A stretch of 64,000 nucleotides of DNA from an uncultured Verrucomicrobiae bacterium (GCA_963702845.1 OY969763.1:4224001-4288000); one strand, 5' to 3'; positions 45,923 through 56,681 are shown, counted from the first letter of the stretch. Numbers and translations: made by a program. The notes: generated by a model from the sequence alone, not told the origin.

Positions 45923-46396
45923 ATGTCACGTCGCCGTCGCGCAGTTAAAAGACCGTTAGTTGAAGATGCCAAGTTCCACAGTGCGTTGGTCACCCGTTTG
46001 GTGAACACCGTCATGATTGGTGGCAAGAAGACCACCGCCCAACGCATCGTCTATGGTGCCTTCGATGAAATTGCCATCAAGAACCCGAACACTAACCCGC
46101 TGGAAATCCTCCAACGCGCGGTTGACAACGCCAAGCCTCGCCTCGAGGTTAAGCCGCGTCGTGTCGGTGGTGCAACCTATCAGGTGCCGATGGAAGTTCC
46201 TGGCGATCGCCAGCTCTCGTTGGCCATGCGCTGGTTGGTAGATTTCGCCGACGCCCGCAAGGGACAAGCGATGAAAGAAGCTTTGGCAGCCGAAATCATG
46301 GAAGCCTTTCAAGGCCAGGGTAACGCCATTCGTAAACGTGACGAAGTGCACAAGATGGCTCAAGCCAACAAGGCTTTTGCGCATTTTCGTTGGTAA
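45923..46396 (+). CDS. rpsG: 30S ribosomal protein S7
   Basis: RRVGGATYQVP, HKMAQANKAFAHFRW. Confidence 0.99.
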   Translation: MSRRRRAVKRPLVEDAKFHSALVTRLVNTVMIGGKKTTAQRIVYGAFDEIAIKNPNTNPLEILQRAVDNAKPRLEVKPRRVGGATYQVPMEVPGDRQLSLAMRWLVDFADARKGQAMKEALAAEIMEAFQGQGNAIRKRDEVHKMAQANKAFAHFRW

Positions 46397-46494
46397 TTTA
46401 GTCAGCAATTTAAACCCGCCCCGACGGTTATGCCTACGGGGCGCTTTTTTTAACAGAGCCGTGCGCGCGAGCAAGCGGTTCAACTAATTTTAAC

Positions 46495-48698
46495 ATGCAG
46501 AACACGACAACAGAGAAAAAGCCCGCTAATTCGCCCGATCGTCAATACACGATGGAGCGCACACGCAACATCGGTATCGCCGCGCACATTGACGCAGGTA
46601 AGACAACCACCACCGAGCGTATTCTGTTTTATACAGGCCTGATCCATAAGATCGGCGACGTCGATGACGGCAACACCGTTACCGACTGGATGGAGCAAGA
46701 ACGCGAACGTGGCATCACGATTACCTCAGCCGCCGTCACCTGCTTCTGGACGCAAAAGAAAGAAGAAGGGCTCCAAAAGCTTTTCACCAGCGTCGGCCAT
46801 CGCGTCAACATCATCGATACTCCCGGACACGTGGACTTCACCGCTGAAGTCGAGCGTTCCATGCGCGTTCTCGACGGCGCAGTCGCAGTGTTCTGCGGCG
46901 TTGCCGGCGTGCAGCCGCAATCCGAAACCGTCTGGCGTCAGGCCACCAAATACAAAGTTCCGCGCATCGCGTTCATCAACAAGATGGACCGCACCGGCGC
47001 GAACTTTGAAAACGCCCTCAACGACATGCGCAAAAAGCTCAATGCGTATGCCTATCCCATTTTCCTGCCTATCGGCGCGGAAGACCAATTTGCCGGGGTC
47101 GATCGACGTCGTAAATCAAAAGGCTATCAGTTGGGGAGAAGGAGAAGTCAAAACGGAAGGTCTCTGCTTACGAAATCACCGAAATTCCCGACAATCTGAA
47201 AGAAAAGGCCAAGACCGCTCTCGCCGAATTGATCGACGCCGTCTCCAATAAAGACGATGAAATCGCTGAGTCTGGTCATGAACGACAAGCCGGTCGAACC
47301 GCTGGTGCTCAAAGCCGCGATTCGCCGTTTGACCTGCAAAATCGAATTTATTCCGGTCACTCTGCGGTTCCGCTTTCAAAAAGAAAGGCGTGCAAGTTCT
47401 CGTTGACGCAGTCATCGATTACCTGCCGAGCCCGCTCGACGTTCCTCCAGCGACTGGTATGGAACCCGGAACACCCGGAAGCGAAGGCACTGTGGTCGTT
47501 GAATCCGACGACAACAACAAATTCTGCTCCTCGGCGTTCAAACTTTGGACCGATCCTTACGCTGGAAAACTCGTGTTCTTCCGCGTTTACTCCGGTCAGC
47601 TCAAGAAGGGCGACACGCATTTACAATCCGCGCACGCGCAAACGCGAGCGCATCAGCCGCCTCATGGTTATTCAAGGCAGCGAACGTAAAGACATCGACC
47701 ATGTTTACGCGGGCGACATCGCCGCACTCGTCGGCGTCCGCAACATCACCACCGGTGACACCCTTTGTAACGAAGATTACGACGTCATCCCTCGAACCGC
47801 CGACGTTCCCAGAACCGGTTATCAGCATGGCCGTCGAACCGAAGACCAAAGCCGACCGCGATAAGCTCGGCGAAGGCTTGCAACGTTTGGCTGAAGAAGA
47901 TCCGACGTTCCGTTGCTTTACCAACGAAGAAACCAGCCAGCTCATCATCGCTGGAATGGGTGAGCTTCACCTGGAAATCATCATCGACCGTTTGAAACGC
48001 GAATTCAAAGTGGACGCCAGCACTGGCGCGCCGCAGATCGCGTATCGCGAAACCATCACCAAGGGTGCCGAAGGCGAAGGCAAATACATCCGCCAATCCG
48101 GTGGTCGTGGTCAATACGGCCACGCTGTCGTCACTATCGAGCCGAATGAAAAGGGCAAAGGCATCGAAATCGTCAACAAGATCGTCGGCGGCGCGATTCC
48201 GAAGGAATACGTCCCGGCAGTCATCGACGGCATCGAAGAAGCCTGTAAGAGCGGCGTTTATGCTGGTTACCAGGTCATCGACATGAAGGTCGAGATCATC
48301 GACGGCAGCTTCCACGAAGTCGACTCGAACGAATTGGCGTTTAAGATGGCCGGTATTTTCGCGCTCAAAGAAGCCTTCAAGAAAGGCCGGCTCCGATCAT
48401 TCTCGAACCGCTCATGAAGGTCGAAGTAACCACGCCTGACGAATATCAAGGCGACCTCCTCGGCGACGTCAACCGCCGCCGCGGGACCATCATCGGCATC
48501 GACGCCAAGGGTGGCCAAACCATCCTGAACGCGCACGTGCCGCTGGCCGAAATGTTCGGTTACGCCACCGCGATCCGTTCGCTTTCCAAGGGCCGCGCCT
48601 CCTACTCAATGGAACCATTGAGCTTCGAGCAAGTCCCGAACAGCGTCTTGACCGTGATCATGGATGCCGCCGGCAAAAAGCCCGCCGCCCGCTGCTAA
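46495..48698 (+). CDS. fusA: Elongation factor G (multiple apparent frameshifts)
   Basis: [63 protein letters not shown]. Confidence 0.96.
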
Positions 48699-48735
48699 AA
48701 TTTAGGAGACGAGGTAACGAGTCTCCGACTATTGC

Positions 48736-48765
48736 AAAACTCCCGCACGAAAGTGCGGGAGTTTT
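48736..48765 (+). terminator. Rho-independent terminator after fusA
   Basis: AAAACTCCCGCAC-GAAA-GTGCGGGAGTTTT. Confidence 0.8.
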
Positions 48766-48840
48766 GTCCTTTAGTGCAATAAGGGTTGAGCCGGAATTGG
48801 CTTCTCGCCCGGCGGTGCTCTTCATTAACATTCGGACGAC

Positions 48841-51219
48841 ATGGCCAAACGGCGTATACCCAGTCCGAAACCCAAAGCTCCGTCGGCCAAGCCGATTTTT
48901 CGTAGCGCTGGGATCTGGCTCCTGTCGTTAGGTGTGGTGGTAGCGGCCGTCTCTGAGGTTTGGTGGCTGAAAACGGAAAAAAAGGGGGCCTCAATTCTTG
49001 GTGCCGGAGCAGGCCTGTCCATCGAGAGTGATCAAAGTGTCTTTGCTCAATACGGCGGTTCGCCCAGTTGCCGGGATTGCCATGAGGAAGCGTTCGACGC
49101 CTGGGAAAAATCGCATCACGCGTTCGCCGAACGTCCGGTGAAAGCGGACCTGGATCGCAGGGCTTTTGATCCACCGCGCACTTTTCACCATGGCACGCAA
49201 GACTCGGCGTCGCGCTGGACCAACGACACGGCAATCGTCACGGCGCTGGGGCTTTCAGGAAAACCGGAGGATTGCAACGTGGCGAGGGTCATCGGTCACG
49301 ATCCGTTGCGTCAGTTCCTCGTTCCTGCAGCCGGGGGGCGTTTCCAGACGCTCGAAGCCACCTATGATCCGCGCTCGAACCAGTGGTTCAACGTTTACGG
49401 CGACGAGGACAGGCGGCCCGGTGAATGGGGACATTGGACCGGACGGGGGATGAACTGGAATTTCATGTGCGCCGGATGCCACAACACGCGGTTGCGCAGG
49501 AATTATGATGAGATGACCGACAGCTATCACACGACCATGGCGGAGATGAGCGTTGGTTGTGAATCCTGTCACGGTCCGCTCAAGGCTCACAATGAATGGC
49601 AACGGCAATACGGGAAGTCGCAGCCCGGCAAAGATCCCACGATCAAAAAGATGCCCCGGACTCAAATCCTCGACACGTGCGGGTTTTGTCATGCGCGCCG
49701 CGGCGATCTCACCGGCGATTTCAAACCGGGCGACTCGTTCTCTGATCACTTCGATCTGACGGTCGTGGATACCAGCGAACGTTATTATGCAGACGGCCAG
49801 ATCCGGGAAGAGGATTATGAGTATGGATCATTTGTCGGCAGCAAGATGCATCAACGTGGCGTGATCTGCACCGATTGCCACGATCCTCACACGGCAAAAA
49901 CCAAATTGCCCGGCAACTGGCTTTGCCTGCGTTGCCATAATGGCAGCGAGACTAACGCGCCTCTTATCAATCCGGTCACTCACAGCAAACATAAGGTTTT
50001 CGGCTACGACACCAACGGCGTCCTCGTTAATAGCGATCTGACAAACTACAAAACGAAGGAAATCGTTGAGACCGGAGGCGAATGTGTGAATTGCCATATG
50101 CCGCAGACTCCCTACATGCAACGACACTGGCGGCATGACCACGGCTTCACCATTCCGGACCCGTTGCTGACCAAAAATCACAACATCCCGAATGCCTGCA
50201 ACCGCTGCCATCAGGACAAGACCACGGATTGGGCGTTGGAGGCTTGCAATAAATGGTACGGAACGAAGATGAATCGCCCGACTCGAACTCGCGCCGAATG
50301 GATTGCTCGCGCCCAGGAGGGTGACCCCGCTGCGCGCGAAGGGTTGCTCGCGGTGTTGAAGAATGAGCCGGCCCCGTATTGGCGCACGACGATTCTCGGA
50401 TTGCTGGGCCCCTGGGCGACGCAACCGGACATCGCGACAGTCCTTATGGAGAGTCTCGATAATACGAGCGCTTTGGTGCGCAGCACCGCTGCCCGCGTGA
50501 TCGAGCCCGCCTTGTCGATTCCCGGTGTGAACGAGGCTGTGCATCGATGTTTGGATGATCCGTCGCGCAGCGTGCGGCTCGCAGCCGCATGGAGTTTGCG
50601 CGCCACGCTTGATACCAACTCAATCGTTGCCCGCGAGCTTGAACAAATGATGGACCGGAGTTCCGACCAACCGGGCGGCCAGATGCGCAAAGGTGATTTT
50701 TTTGCGGCACGACACGATCCGCAGACCGCCCTGCTCCATTACCAAAAAGCAGTTTTATGGGACCCTTATTCCACACCGTTTCGCTACCGGGTGGCGGTGA
50801 CGCTGTTCCAATTAAACCGCCCACGCGAAGCGATTGAAACTTTGCAGGAAGCCTGCCGGATCAACCCGAAGGACGGAGAAGCACATTACCAACTCGGCCT
50901 GGCCTGGAATGAAACCGGCGACATCCAACGCGCGCGCCAGGAGTTGGAAGCGGCCGTTCAAGCGAATCCCCGGCTGGCTCCGGCATGGTATAATCTCGGA
51001 CTGGCCCAAAATGCTTTAGGCGAAAGCACGGCCGCAATTGGGTCTCTCCAACGCGGCGAATCGGCAGACCCTCACGACGCTCGAATTCCCTACGCCCGCG
51101 CGACCATTCACGCGCGGTTGGGAGAGAGAAACGCAGCCATCGTCGCGGCGCACAAGGCGCTGGAAATCGATCCGAATTACTCCGAAGCCCGGCAGTTCGT
51201 CCAAGAGCTCGAAAAATAA
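48841..51219 (+). CDS. Multiheme c-type cytochrome (8 CxxCH) with HEAT and TPR repeats
   Basis: CRDCH, CAGCH, CESCH, CGFCH, CTDCH, CLRCH, CVNCH, CNRCH; C-terminal TPR motifs. Confidence 0.88.
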   Translation: MAKRRIPSPKPKAPSAKPIFRSAGIWLLSLGVVVAAVSEVWWLKTEKKGASILGAGAGLSIESDQSVFAQYGGSPSCRDCHEEAFDAWEKSHHAFAERPVKADLDRRAFDPPRTFHHGTQDSASRWTNDTAIVTALGLSGKPEDCNVARVIGHDPLRQFLVPAAGGRFQTLEATYDPRSNQWFNVYGDEDRRPGEWGHWTGRGMNWNFMCAGCHNTRLRRNYDEMTDSYHTTMAEMSVGCESCHGPLKAHNEWQRQYGKSQPGKDPTIKKMPRTQILDTCGFCHARRGDLTGDFKPGDSFSDHFDLTVVDTSERYYADGQIREEDYEYGSFVGSKMHQRGVICTDCHDPHTAKTKLPGNWLCLRCHNGSETNAPLINPVTHSKHKVFGYDTNGVLVNSDLTNYKTKEIVETGGECVNCHMPQTPYMQRHWRHDHGFTIPDPLLTKNHNIPNACNRCHQDKTTDWALEACNKWYGTKMNRPTRTRAEWIARAQEGDPAAREGLLAVLKNEPAPYWRTTILGLLGPWATQPDIATVLMESLDNTSALVRSTAARVIEPALSIPGVNEAVHRCLDDPSRSVRLAAAWSLRATLDTNSIVARELEQMMDRSSDQPGGQMRKGDFFAARHDPQTALLHYQKAVLWDPYSTPFRYRVAVTLFQLNRPREAIETLQEACRINPKDGEAHYQLGLAWNETGDIQRARQELEAAVQANPRLAPAWYNLGLAQNALGESTAAIGSLQRGESADPHDARIPYARATIHARLGERNAAIVAAHKALEIDPNYSEARQFVQELEK

Positions 51220-51287
51220 TCGCGTGTCACTTTGACAATATCTCAGCCCAGCGCTGGACGCTGCTGACGTGTTTCCGCGTGGAGAGA

Positions 51288-52346
51288 TTAATTCGGAGTT
51301 GGCTGCGATTGTTTAAACCGTTCCAGAAAATTCTCTGCGCGAATCGCGATGAATTCTTCGGGATCTTGTGCAGCGTACTCGAGTGCAGGAACGACATCAC
51401 CCGGCGTCGGGTAGTCGCGAATCAGAAATATCAACGCCTGGGCTCTGGTCCACCGGTCAACGGAGTGTAATCGGCGGGACAGAATGGGTAACGTGCGTTC
51501 CGGCGAAATTTGCAACATCGCCCGCAATGATGCCGATGCGATTTGCGAGCGCGGCGATTGGGAGGCGGCATTACTCAATGTTTCGAAAGCCGAAATTGCG
51601 TTGGTAGTGAAGTTGCCGATTTCCGTTGCGGCAATGGTGGCATCGTTTGTATTGCCGCGTTGGACAACTTCGACCAGCAACGGCAATGCATTGGCCTCTG
51701 TGCGTAGTTGCGTGCCTAGAATCTGGATTGCAACGGTACGCACCTCGGTGTCAGTGTCATTCAATCGATCCCTCACCAAACCCACTGCCTCGTCACGATT
51801 AGTGACAACGGCGGTTAAACTCGAAACGGCAAAACTGCGAATGGTGGCGTCACTGTTCGTAAGCGCGTGACAGATGACCGTGCTTGCCGCCGGGCCGATG
51901 CACGATAAGCAGCGGAAGGCGACCATCGCGTGCTGCGGTTCTTTGGCAATTTCCGCCAGCATTGGAACAGCGGAGGCTGCATTTGTTCCGAGCGCTTGAA
52001 ATCCCGCGACCGCCATGTCGCTCGGGTCGTCGCTTTGGTAGACTGGCCCGACGTAGATATTGAACTGTTGCGCCAAATCGAGCAGCAGCGAATGAAACGA
52101 CCTCTGTCTATCGGACGCGCGCACGAGCCGCAGCAAAACGGGAATGACCTCTTGCGGGCCCATTGCTTGAATGGCCATGCGTGCTTCGGTCAGTTTTTTG
52201 AGATGGCGAACCGGCTCGGTCCCCTGCTGCAACCAACTCGACAAGTTTCGTCCCTGGGACTCGGGCTCATGTGGACGCAGCAAAACAGCTACGCCAATCG
52301 CAACGCAGATCAGGAAAGCTATTCCAATCCAGTAGATGCGTCGCAT
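51288..52346 (-). CDS. HEAT-repeat membrane-anchored protein
   Basis: N-terminal TM, EP..QGRNLS.WL, repeated L.D.D..VR..A...L. Confidence 0.75.
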   Translation of the reverse strand: MRRIYWIGIAFLICVAIGVAVLLRPHEPESQGRNLSSWLQQGTEPVRHLKKLTEARMAIQAMGPQEVIPVLLRLVRASDRQRSFHSLLLDLAQQFNIYVGPVYQSDDPSDMAVAGFQALGTNAASAVPMLAEIAKEPQHAMVAFRCLSCIGPAASTVICHALTNSDATIRSFAVSSLTAVVTNRDEAVGLVRDRLNDTDTEVRTVAIQILGTQLRTEANALPLLVEVVQRGNTNDATIAATEIGNFTTNAISAFETLSNAASQSPRSQIASASLRAMLQISPERTLPILSRRLHSVDRWTRAQALIFLIRDYPTPGDVVPALEYAAQDPEEFIAIRAENFLERFKQSQPTPN

Positions 52347-52506
52347 GAAACGAATGTAAATTGAGACGGCTAAAATTCGAGCCGGAAATCCTTGCCGCTC
52401 GAATTGCAAGCAGGCGCGCGAATAAATTGAGAAAAACAGAAGTAGGGGTTTGCCTTACAAAAACTAACCAGTATCCTCTTTGAACAGTGAGTCCATATTT
52501 TAGTTC

Positions 52507-53352
52507 ATGTTCCAGTTTAATCTTTTTCGTCGCGGACAGTTAGATCTCGATCGCATTCAAGTCAGTGTGGTTGTTTCGACTGGTAGAACCGGCACGCGCT
52601 TCCTCGCCGGCGTGTTAAACCGGCCGGAACTCGGTTTAGTCGCAACGCACGAGCCGTCACCTTCGCTAGGCGATCTCGGAAACGACTTCATCACCGGCAG
52701 GAAATCGCTGGAACAGGTCAAAAGCATCATCTTGCGTGATCGCGCAAATATATTCCGCAGCATCGGAGACAAAATGTATCTCGAGTCCAATGCTGGATTG
52801 ATTTTTTTACTGCCAGCTCTGAAAGAACTCATCAGGAACTTCAAAGTAATACACGTGGTCAGGCATCCGATCGATTTCGTGCGGTCCGGTGTCAACCGCA
52901 TTTATTACTCCAACGGAAAAGTGTTCCAAACCTACGCGGAAGAGAAAAACTGGAAACTCAGGGCAGAGGATTTTGCCGATGCCGGGGAAGACTGGAGCGC
53001 GTTGGACATCTATGAGCGGTTCATGTGGGCGTGGGCATTCAAGAACGATTACGCCGCTCGTTTTGTTCGAGAAAATCCGACGATTGCGTTGCGTGTCCGT
53101 TTCGAGGATATCTTTCACTGTGCCAATCACAGCGGATTTCATTCGATATTGGATTTTTTAAACCGTAAGGAGTTGGCACCGAAATTTAATGCGGATGATT
53201 TTAGACAAGTGGTGAACGCCTCTGAAGCCGCATTTGCCGAACCGTTCGAGGCTTGGCCGCCGCATCGAAAAGCTTCGCTGCAACGAATTTGCGGTCCTCT
53301 CGTTGGCGTTGCGAATTATCAGTACACCATTCCAAACGGCCAGCTAGCTTAG
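52507..53352 (+). CDS. Sulfotransferase-family protein
   Basis: STGRTGTRFL 5'-PSB-like loop, HEP, IHVVRHP.DFVRS, VRFED. Confidence 0.7.
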   Translation: MFQFNLFRRGQLDLDRIQVSVVVSTGRTGTRFLAGVLNRPELGLVATHEPSPSLGDLGNDFITGRKSLEQVKSIILRDRANIFRSIGDKMYLESNAGLIFLLPALKELIRNFKVIHVVRHPIDFVRSGVNRIYYSNGKVFQTYAEEKNWKLRAEDFADAGEDWSALDIYERFMWAWAFKNDYAARFVRENPTIALRVRFEDIFHCANHSGFHSILDFLNRKELAPKFNADDFRQVVNASEAAFAEPFEAWPPHRKASLQRICGPLVGVANYQYTIPNGQLA

Positions 53353-53398
53353 ATTTGCTTCCAAGTTGGCGGTTGATTTCATTGTCCGCCGAAAAAAA

Positions 53399-53421
53399 TG
53401 GCGGGAGTGGCGGGGCTCGAA
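53399..53421 (-). mobile_element. tRNA 3'-end remnant, probable att junction of an integrated element extending rightwards
   Basis: Minus strand TTCGAGCCCCGCCACTCCCGCCA (T-loop, acceptor strand, CCA) with no tRNA body 5' of it. Confidence 0.65.
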
Positions 53422-53560
53422 ACCAATTGAACAAAACGCACGTTTTGCCAGTTATACGCAAGCTGCTACAGCTACCGTATTTAAGCAGACTGCATTTTTT
53501 TCACTCAGACGGTGACATGCACGTTTGCGCAACTTTTTAGTCAGGAATTGTCAGGAGAAA

Positions 53561-54277
53561 TTACTTTCCCATCAGCCGCGAAACGGTCGCCTCCGCCGCG
53601 CCGGCCACACTCGTTTTATTTTGGGCGTCGACTGTTCCACGCAATTGCCCGTGACGATGAGCAAAAAACCAGCCGCCAACGCTGAGCGCTACAGCGGAAA
53701 GAATCAGCAACTCGTTGCCGACGATCAGTGACGGCAAGATCATTAGAGCGACTCCCCCGCCGACCATCGCCAGGCTTGTGGTGATGCTGCCGACGATTGC
53801 ACGCAATGGCGGATAAAACAGCGAAGCCAGGCCAAACAAAAACAAGCCGAGCCCAACCCACACGACACCTTTCAAGCTCGCGAGCTTCGCACCGAATTCC
53901 CGCGCCGTATCCTTTTGCGCCGCACCAATCATCGTGCCCGCTTTTTCAATGACACGCGTTTTTTGCACCGTCGGCGCGGACAGCACGATCGTTTTCTCCT
54001 GCTTCACCGGCTCACCACCAGCCTGCGCTGCAGGCGTGACAATGATCTCCTGCACCCTGCTCTGCGCCGGGATCGGCAACTCAGTTTCCATCGTGCGCTC
54101 AAAATTCTGAGTGGCGCTTTGCGCCGGATTCTCGGGCTGCTTCAAATCCGCGACAAACTCGCGCGCTCCGTTTGTCGACACATTCGATTGGATGCGCGCC
54201 ACACCGGGCTTAAGCGGTTTAACTGTGCCGCAGGCGACAAGCGCCAGCGCGGCGAACAATATAATCAATCTTCTCAT
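53561..54277 (-). CDS. Phage-associated lipoprotein with C-terminal TM helices
   Basis: Lipobox LALVAC, three C-terminal hydrophobic segments; last gene of phage-like operon. Confidence 0.6.
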   Translation of the reverse strand: MRRLIILFAALALVACGTVKPLKPGVARIQSNVSTNGAREFVADLKQPENPAQSATQNFERTMETELPIPAQSRVQEIIVTPAAQAGGEPVKQEKTIVLSAPTVQKTRVIEKAGTMIGAAQKDTAREFGAKLASLKGVVWVGLGLFLFGLASLFYPPLRAIVGSITTSLAMVGGGVALMILPSLIVGNELLILSAVALSVGGWFFAHRHGQLRGTVDAQNKTSVAGAAEATVSRLMGK

Positions 54278-54287
54278 ACTCTCCTTT

Positions 54288-54614
54288 TTAATGGCCGGTG
54301 CGGCTCGCACCCTGAAATCTGCGAAGTTCGAAACTGCATTCCTGTAACGCGGCCGTATTACGATCCAGGCAGACGGCAAGTTTCAACGCCGTCTCATTTT
54401 GAGTGTTGATGATTTCCTGCAGCGCGGCGTGGTGTTCATGGCGCAGCTCCTTGTGGTCCGCAATCAAGCTCTGCAATTGCCGCACGAGCCAATAAATCAC
54501 CAGGCCGCACAACAACAGCAGCAGGCAAAACGCCGCCAAAAATAACCACCGGTCATTCATCGCCGCCGCATGATCCACCGCTTTCAAAAATTCAGTTGCG
54601 TTCATGTTCGTCAT
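54288..54614 (-). CDS. Single-TM coiled-coil protein (holin-like)
   Basis: One TM followed by heptad-rich tail; position in phage-like operon. Confidence 0.45.
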   Translation of the reverse strand: MTNMNATEFLKAVDHAAAMNDRWLFLAAFCLLLLLCGLVIYWLVRQLQSLIADHKELRHEHHAALQEIINTQNETALKLAVCLDRNTAALQECSFELRRFQGASRTGH

Positions 54615-54623
54615 CGTCTCCTT

Positions 54624-55208
54624 TCAAACTCGGACCAACTGCACCGCACCGCTCGCTCGACCAGGCAAATCGCCGAGCTTTGAGAGAAACGCTTGTGCCG
54701 CTTGAGAAATCGTCGGTCGCGTGTCGACCTTGCTGTATCGAGTCATCGAACTATTGCTGACGCTGCTCGAAGTTGTTCCGTCATTACTCGCGCTTGAGGC
54801 CGACGTCTGGGTCGTGTCAATTCCTTCGCCAAGCGGAGCGCCCGTTCGATCCAAAGCCAACAAGGCGCGCGCCATTTCACACGTAGCGTTAATCAAAGCA
54901 GCGGGAATCTGATCGCTCGCAAACACTGCGATGCCACTCGAATCAGGCGTCGCATCACGATCGGAACAATCAATCCTCGGCCACTGCAAAGCTTGCCCGG
55001 CAACGGTGCGAAGACCATGGAACCGATACTGCGAATCAATGACGCGAGTCGCGAACACGAGCGCTTTTTCCCTGTTCGCCGTCGTCGCGCCAGTCCAGAC
55101 CGTCGCGTACAAATGCCCATCGTGATAAGCATCGCCGTCGGCGGCGCTCGCGTAAGAATTCGCGCTCGCCAAACCGGTCCCATCTTCTTTTACGAGAACA
55201 AGCGCCAT
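54624..55208 (-). CDS. Phage head-completion/connector-like protein (DnaT-like family)
   Basis: MALV.EDGTG...ANSYAS, G.R....QALQWPR, IP.AL..A.CE.A. Confidence 0.7.
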   Translation of the reverse strand: MALVLVKEDGTGLASANSYASAADGDAYHDGHLYATVWTGATTANREKALVFATRVIDSQYRFHGLRTVAGQALQWPRIDCSDRDATPDSSGIAVFASDQIPAALINATCEMARALLALDRTGAPLGEGIDTTQTSASSASNDGTTSSSVSNSSMTRYSKVDTRPTISQAAQAFLSKLGDLPGRASGAVQLVRV

Positions 55209-55209
55209 A

Positions 55210-55527
55210 TTATCTATCCGGTAGCGTCACAATCTGTTTCAACCCAAGCCCCGCAATCGTGCGTTGCGGAAAGCCGGGATCCGTTGCGCCGTCGTAGTCC
55301 ACAACAACGGCATCAGGAAAAATCGCTTTGGCAGCAAGCAGCCGCTCAGGTCCCGTTCGAAAAAACAAAGCCGAGCACCAATAGTGCGTCGCCGGTGGCT
55401 TGCCGGTCGCAGACAAACCAATCGAAAACGTTTTCTCACCGCCATCGGAATCAAATTCTGATTTCGACAGAGCATTTGCTTGCGACTGATCCGCAGCGGG
55501 AATGATCACGAGATAGCGCACGCTCAT
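55210..55527 (-). CDS. Hypothetical phage protein
   Basis: Tightly coupled ORF in operon; GLS.TG..PATHYWC. Confidence 0.55.
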   Translation of the reverse strand: MSVRYLVIIPAADQSQANALSKSEFDSDGGEKTFSIGLSATGKPPATHYWCSALFFRTGPERLLAAKAIFPDAVVVDYDGATDPGFPQRTIAGLGLKQIVTLPDR

Positions 55528-56279
55528 AACTTCAAGTAGTTGTATTCCTCCTGGAAATACGCGCGCACGCCGGCCGCCTCATCGTCCGAGAGAAAACGAT
55601 CGTAAATAAGAATCTCCGCACAATCGCAATTGCCCGGATAGCCGTTGCTGCCCGATGCTCCCAACATCACTTGATAAGGCACCCCCGACCCGCCGCCACT
55701 CATCCCAACCTGCACGCCGTTCAAACAAATATTGATTGGGCTGCTCCCAGGAACCACGCGCGCCTCGACCAAATAAAAATCCGAATCATTGACAGATGCG
55801 GCTGCGCTCCATCCTTCGAAATAACAAAGCATCTGCCCATTGATATTGCCCATGGTCCAGTCGGCTGAAGCGGACGACAGAATCGCGCCGCTAAACACAT
55901 CGGCATCGGCCAACCTCCACAACGTGAAAATCGAAAATGCACCAGCAATTACGACCGGCGTTTCCATCCCATCATCGACCGTGTCGAATCGCGCAACTGC
56001 AAACGTCTTTCCCGCGAACGTCACAGTCTGAAAAGTCGGCTGTTGCGAAACCGTGATTTGCGAAACGTCATTTGCGTTGCCGCTCAGATCAGGCCAGAAC
56101 GCAATCGAATCATCATCACCCAAAGCCAGCGTGCTCGCTTTCAAACGCAACACGCAATCACCCGGCACATTCGCCAGCGCTGGCCCGCCCGCCGCCAAAG
56201 AATTGCGACGACGCCGACGCTGCTGCTGCATCGCAAACCACACGGCGGCTTTGGCCGGAACTGGAGACGCATCAATCAT
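55524..56279 (-). CDS. LamG/ConA-like domain protein (putative capsid appendage/receptor binding)
   Basis: WPDLSGNAND..Q....QP, FD..DD, AEILIYDR.LSD.E...V..Y. Confidence 0.6.
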   Translation of the reverse strand: MIDASPVPAKAAVWFAMQQQRRRRRNSLAAGGPALANVPGDCVLRLKASTLALGDDDSIAFWPDLSGNANDVSQITVSQQPTFQTVTFAGKTFAVARFDTVDDGMETPVVIAGAFSIFTLWRLADADVFSGAILSSASADWTMGNINGQMLCYFEGWSAAASVNDSDFYLVEARVVPGSSPINICLNGVQVGMSGGGSGVPYQVMLGASGSNGYPGNCDCAEILIYDRFLSDDEAAGVRAYFQEEYNYLKL

Positions 56280-56457
56280 CTGAGGTCGTCGGCGGGGCAT
56301 CTGTTTTCGTTTCAGGTTTCGCCAGTTGCGTAGGTGCGACAGGCGCGGCAACTTTCGCCGGCACGACCGCAGGAGCAGCCGTGCCGGCATCAGTAGGAAT
56401 CAGTGGACGGCGAACCCGCCGGATAATCGGATACAATTGGTCACGAGCCGGGTTCAT
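56272..56457 (-). CDS. Small Pro/Ala-rich hypothetical phage protein
   Basis: Start and stop overlap both neighbouring genes. Confidence 0.5.
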   Translation of the reverse strand: MNPARDQLYPIIRRVRRPLIPTDAGTAAPAVVPAKVAAPVAPTQLAKPETKTDAPPTTSDD

Positions 56458-56681
56458 ATGGCGTTCGCTCCAATCGCAACCTGCTTCCAATTCGTGCCGT
56501 CGGAAATTGCGAGGCACGCCACAGAACCAGTTCCGCCAGCGCTCAAATAAATCATGCGTCGCGGAAACTTCGCGGCAGTAATGCCAGCAGCGTTCGCAGC
56601 GGCAACATTTGTGAACGTCGGGATCTGAATGACCTCACCCGACCGAATCTTTTCAGAACCCCAGGGAATCAGCTTGCCCAT
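56454..56681 (-). CDS. Small phage protein (decoration/head-fibre-like)
   Basis: AGAAAGGA RBS; MIY.S.G......LAISDGTNWK motif; directly after capsid gene. Confidence 0.55.
   Translation of the reverse strand: MGKLIPWGSEKIRSGEVIQIPTFTNVAAANAAGITAAKFPRRMIYLSAGGTGSVACLAISDGTNWKQVAIGANAI

Noticed and set aside
46495..48698. fusA (also recN, glnA, yebC, ppdK, SDR, 19.5-23.4 kb protein) as pseudogenes or programmed frameshifts
   Set aside because: Breaks are scattered single-base indels in essential or conserved genes whose domains continue intact in the next frame, with no consistent slippery motif; best explained as sequencing error
53399..53480. Complete tRNA gene
   Set aside because: Only T-loop to CCA is present; adjacent sequence cannot form anticodon or D arms
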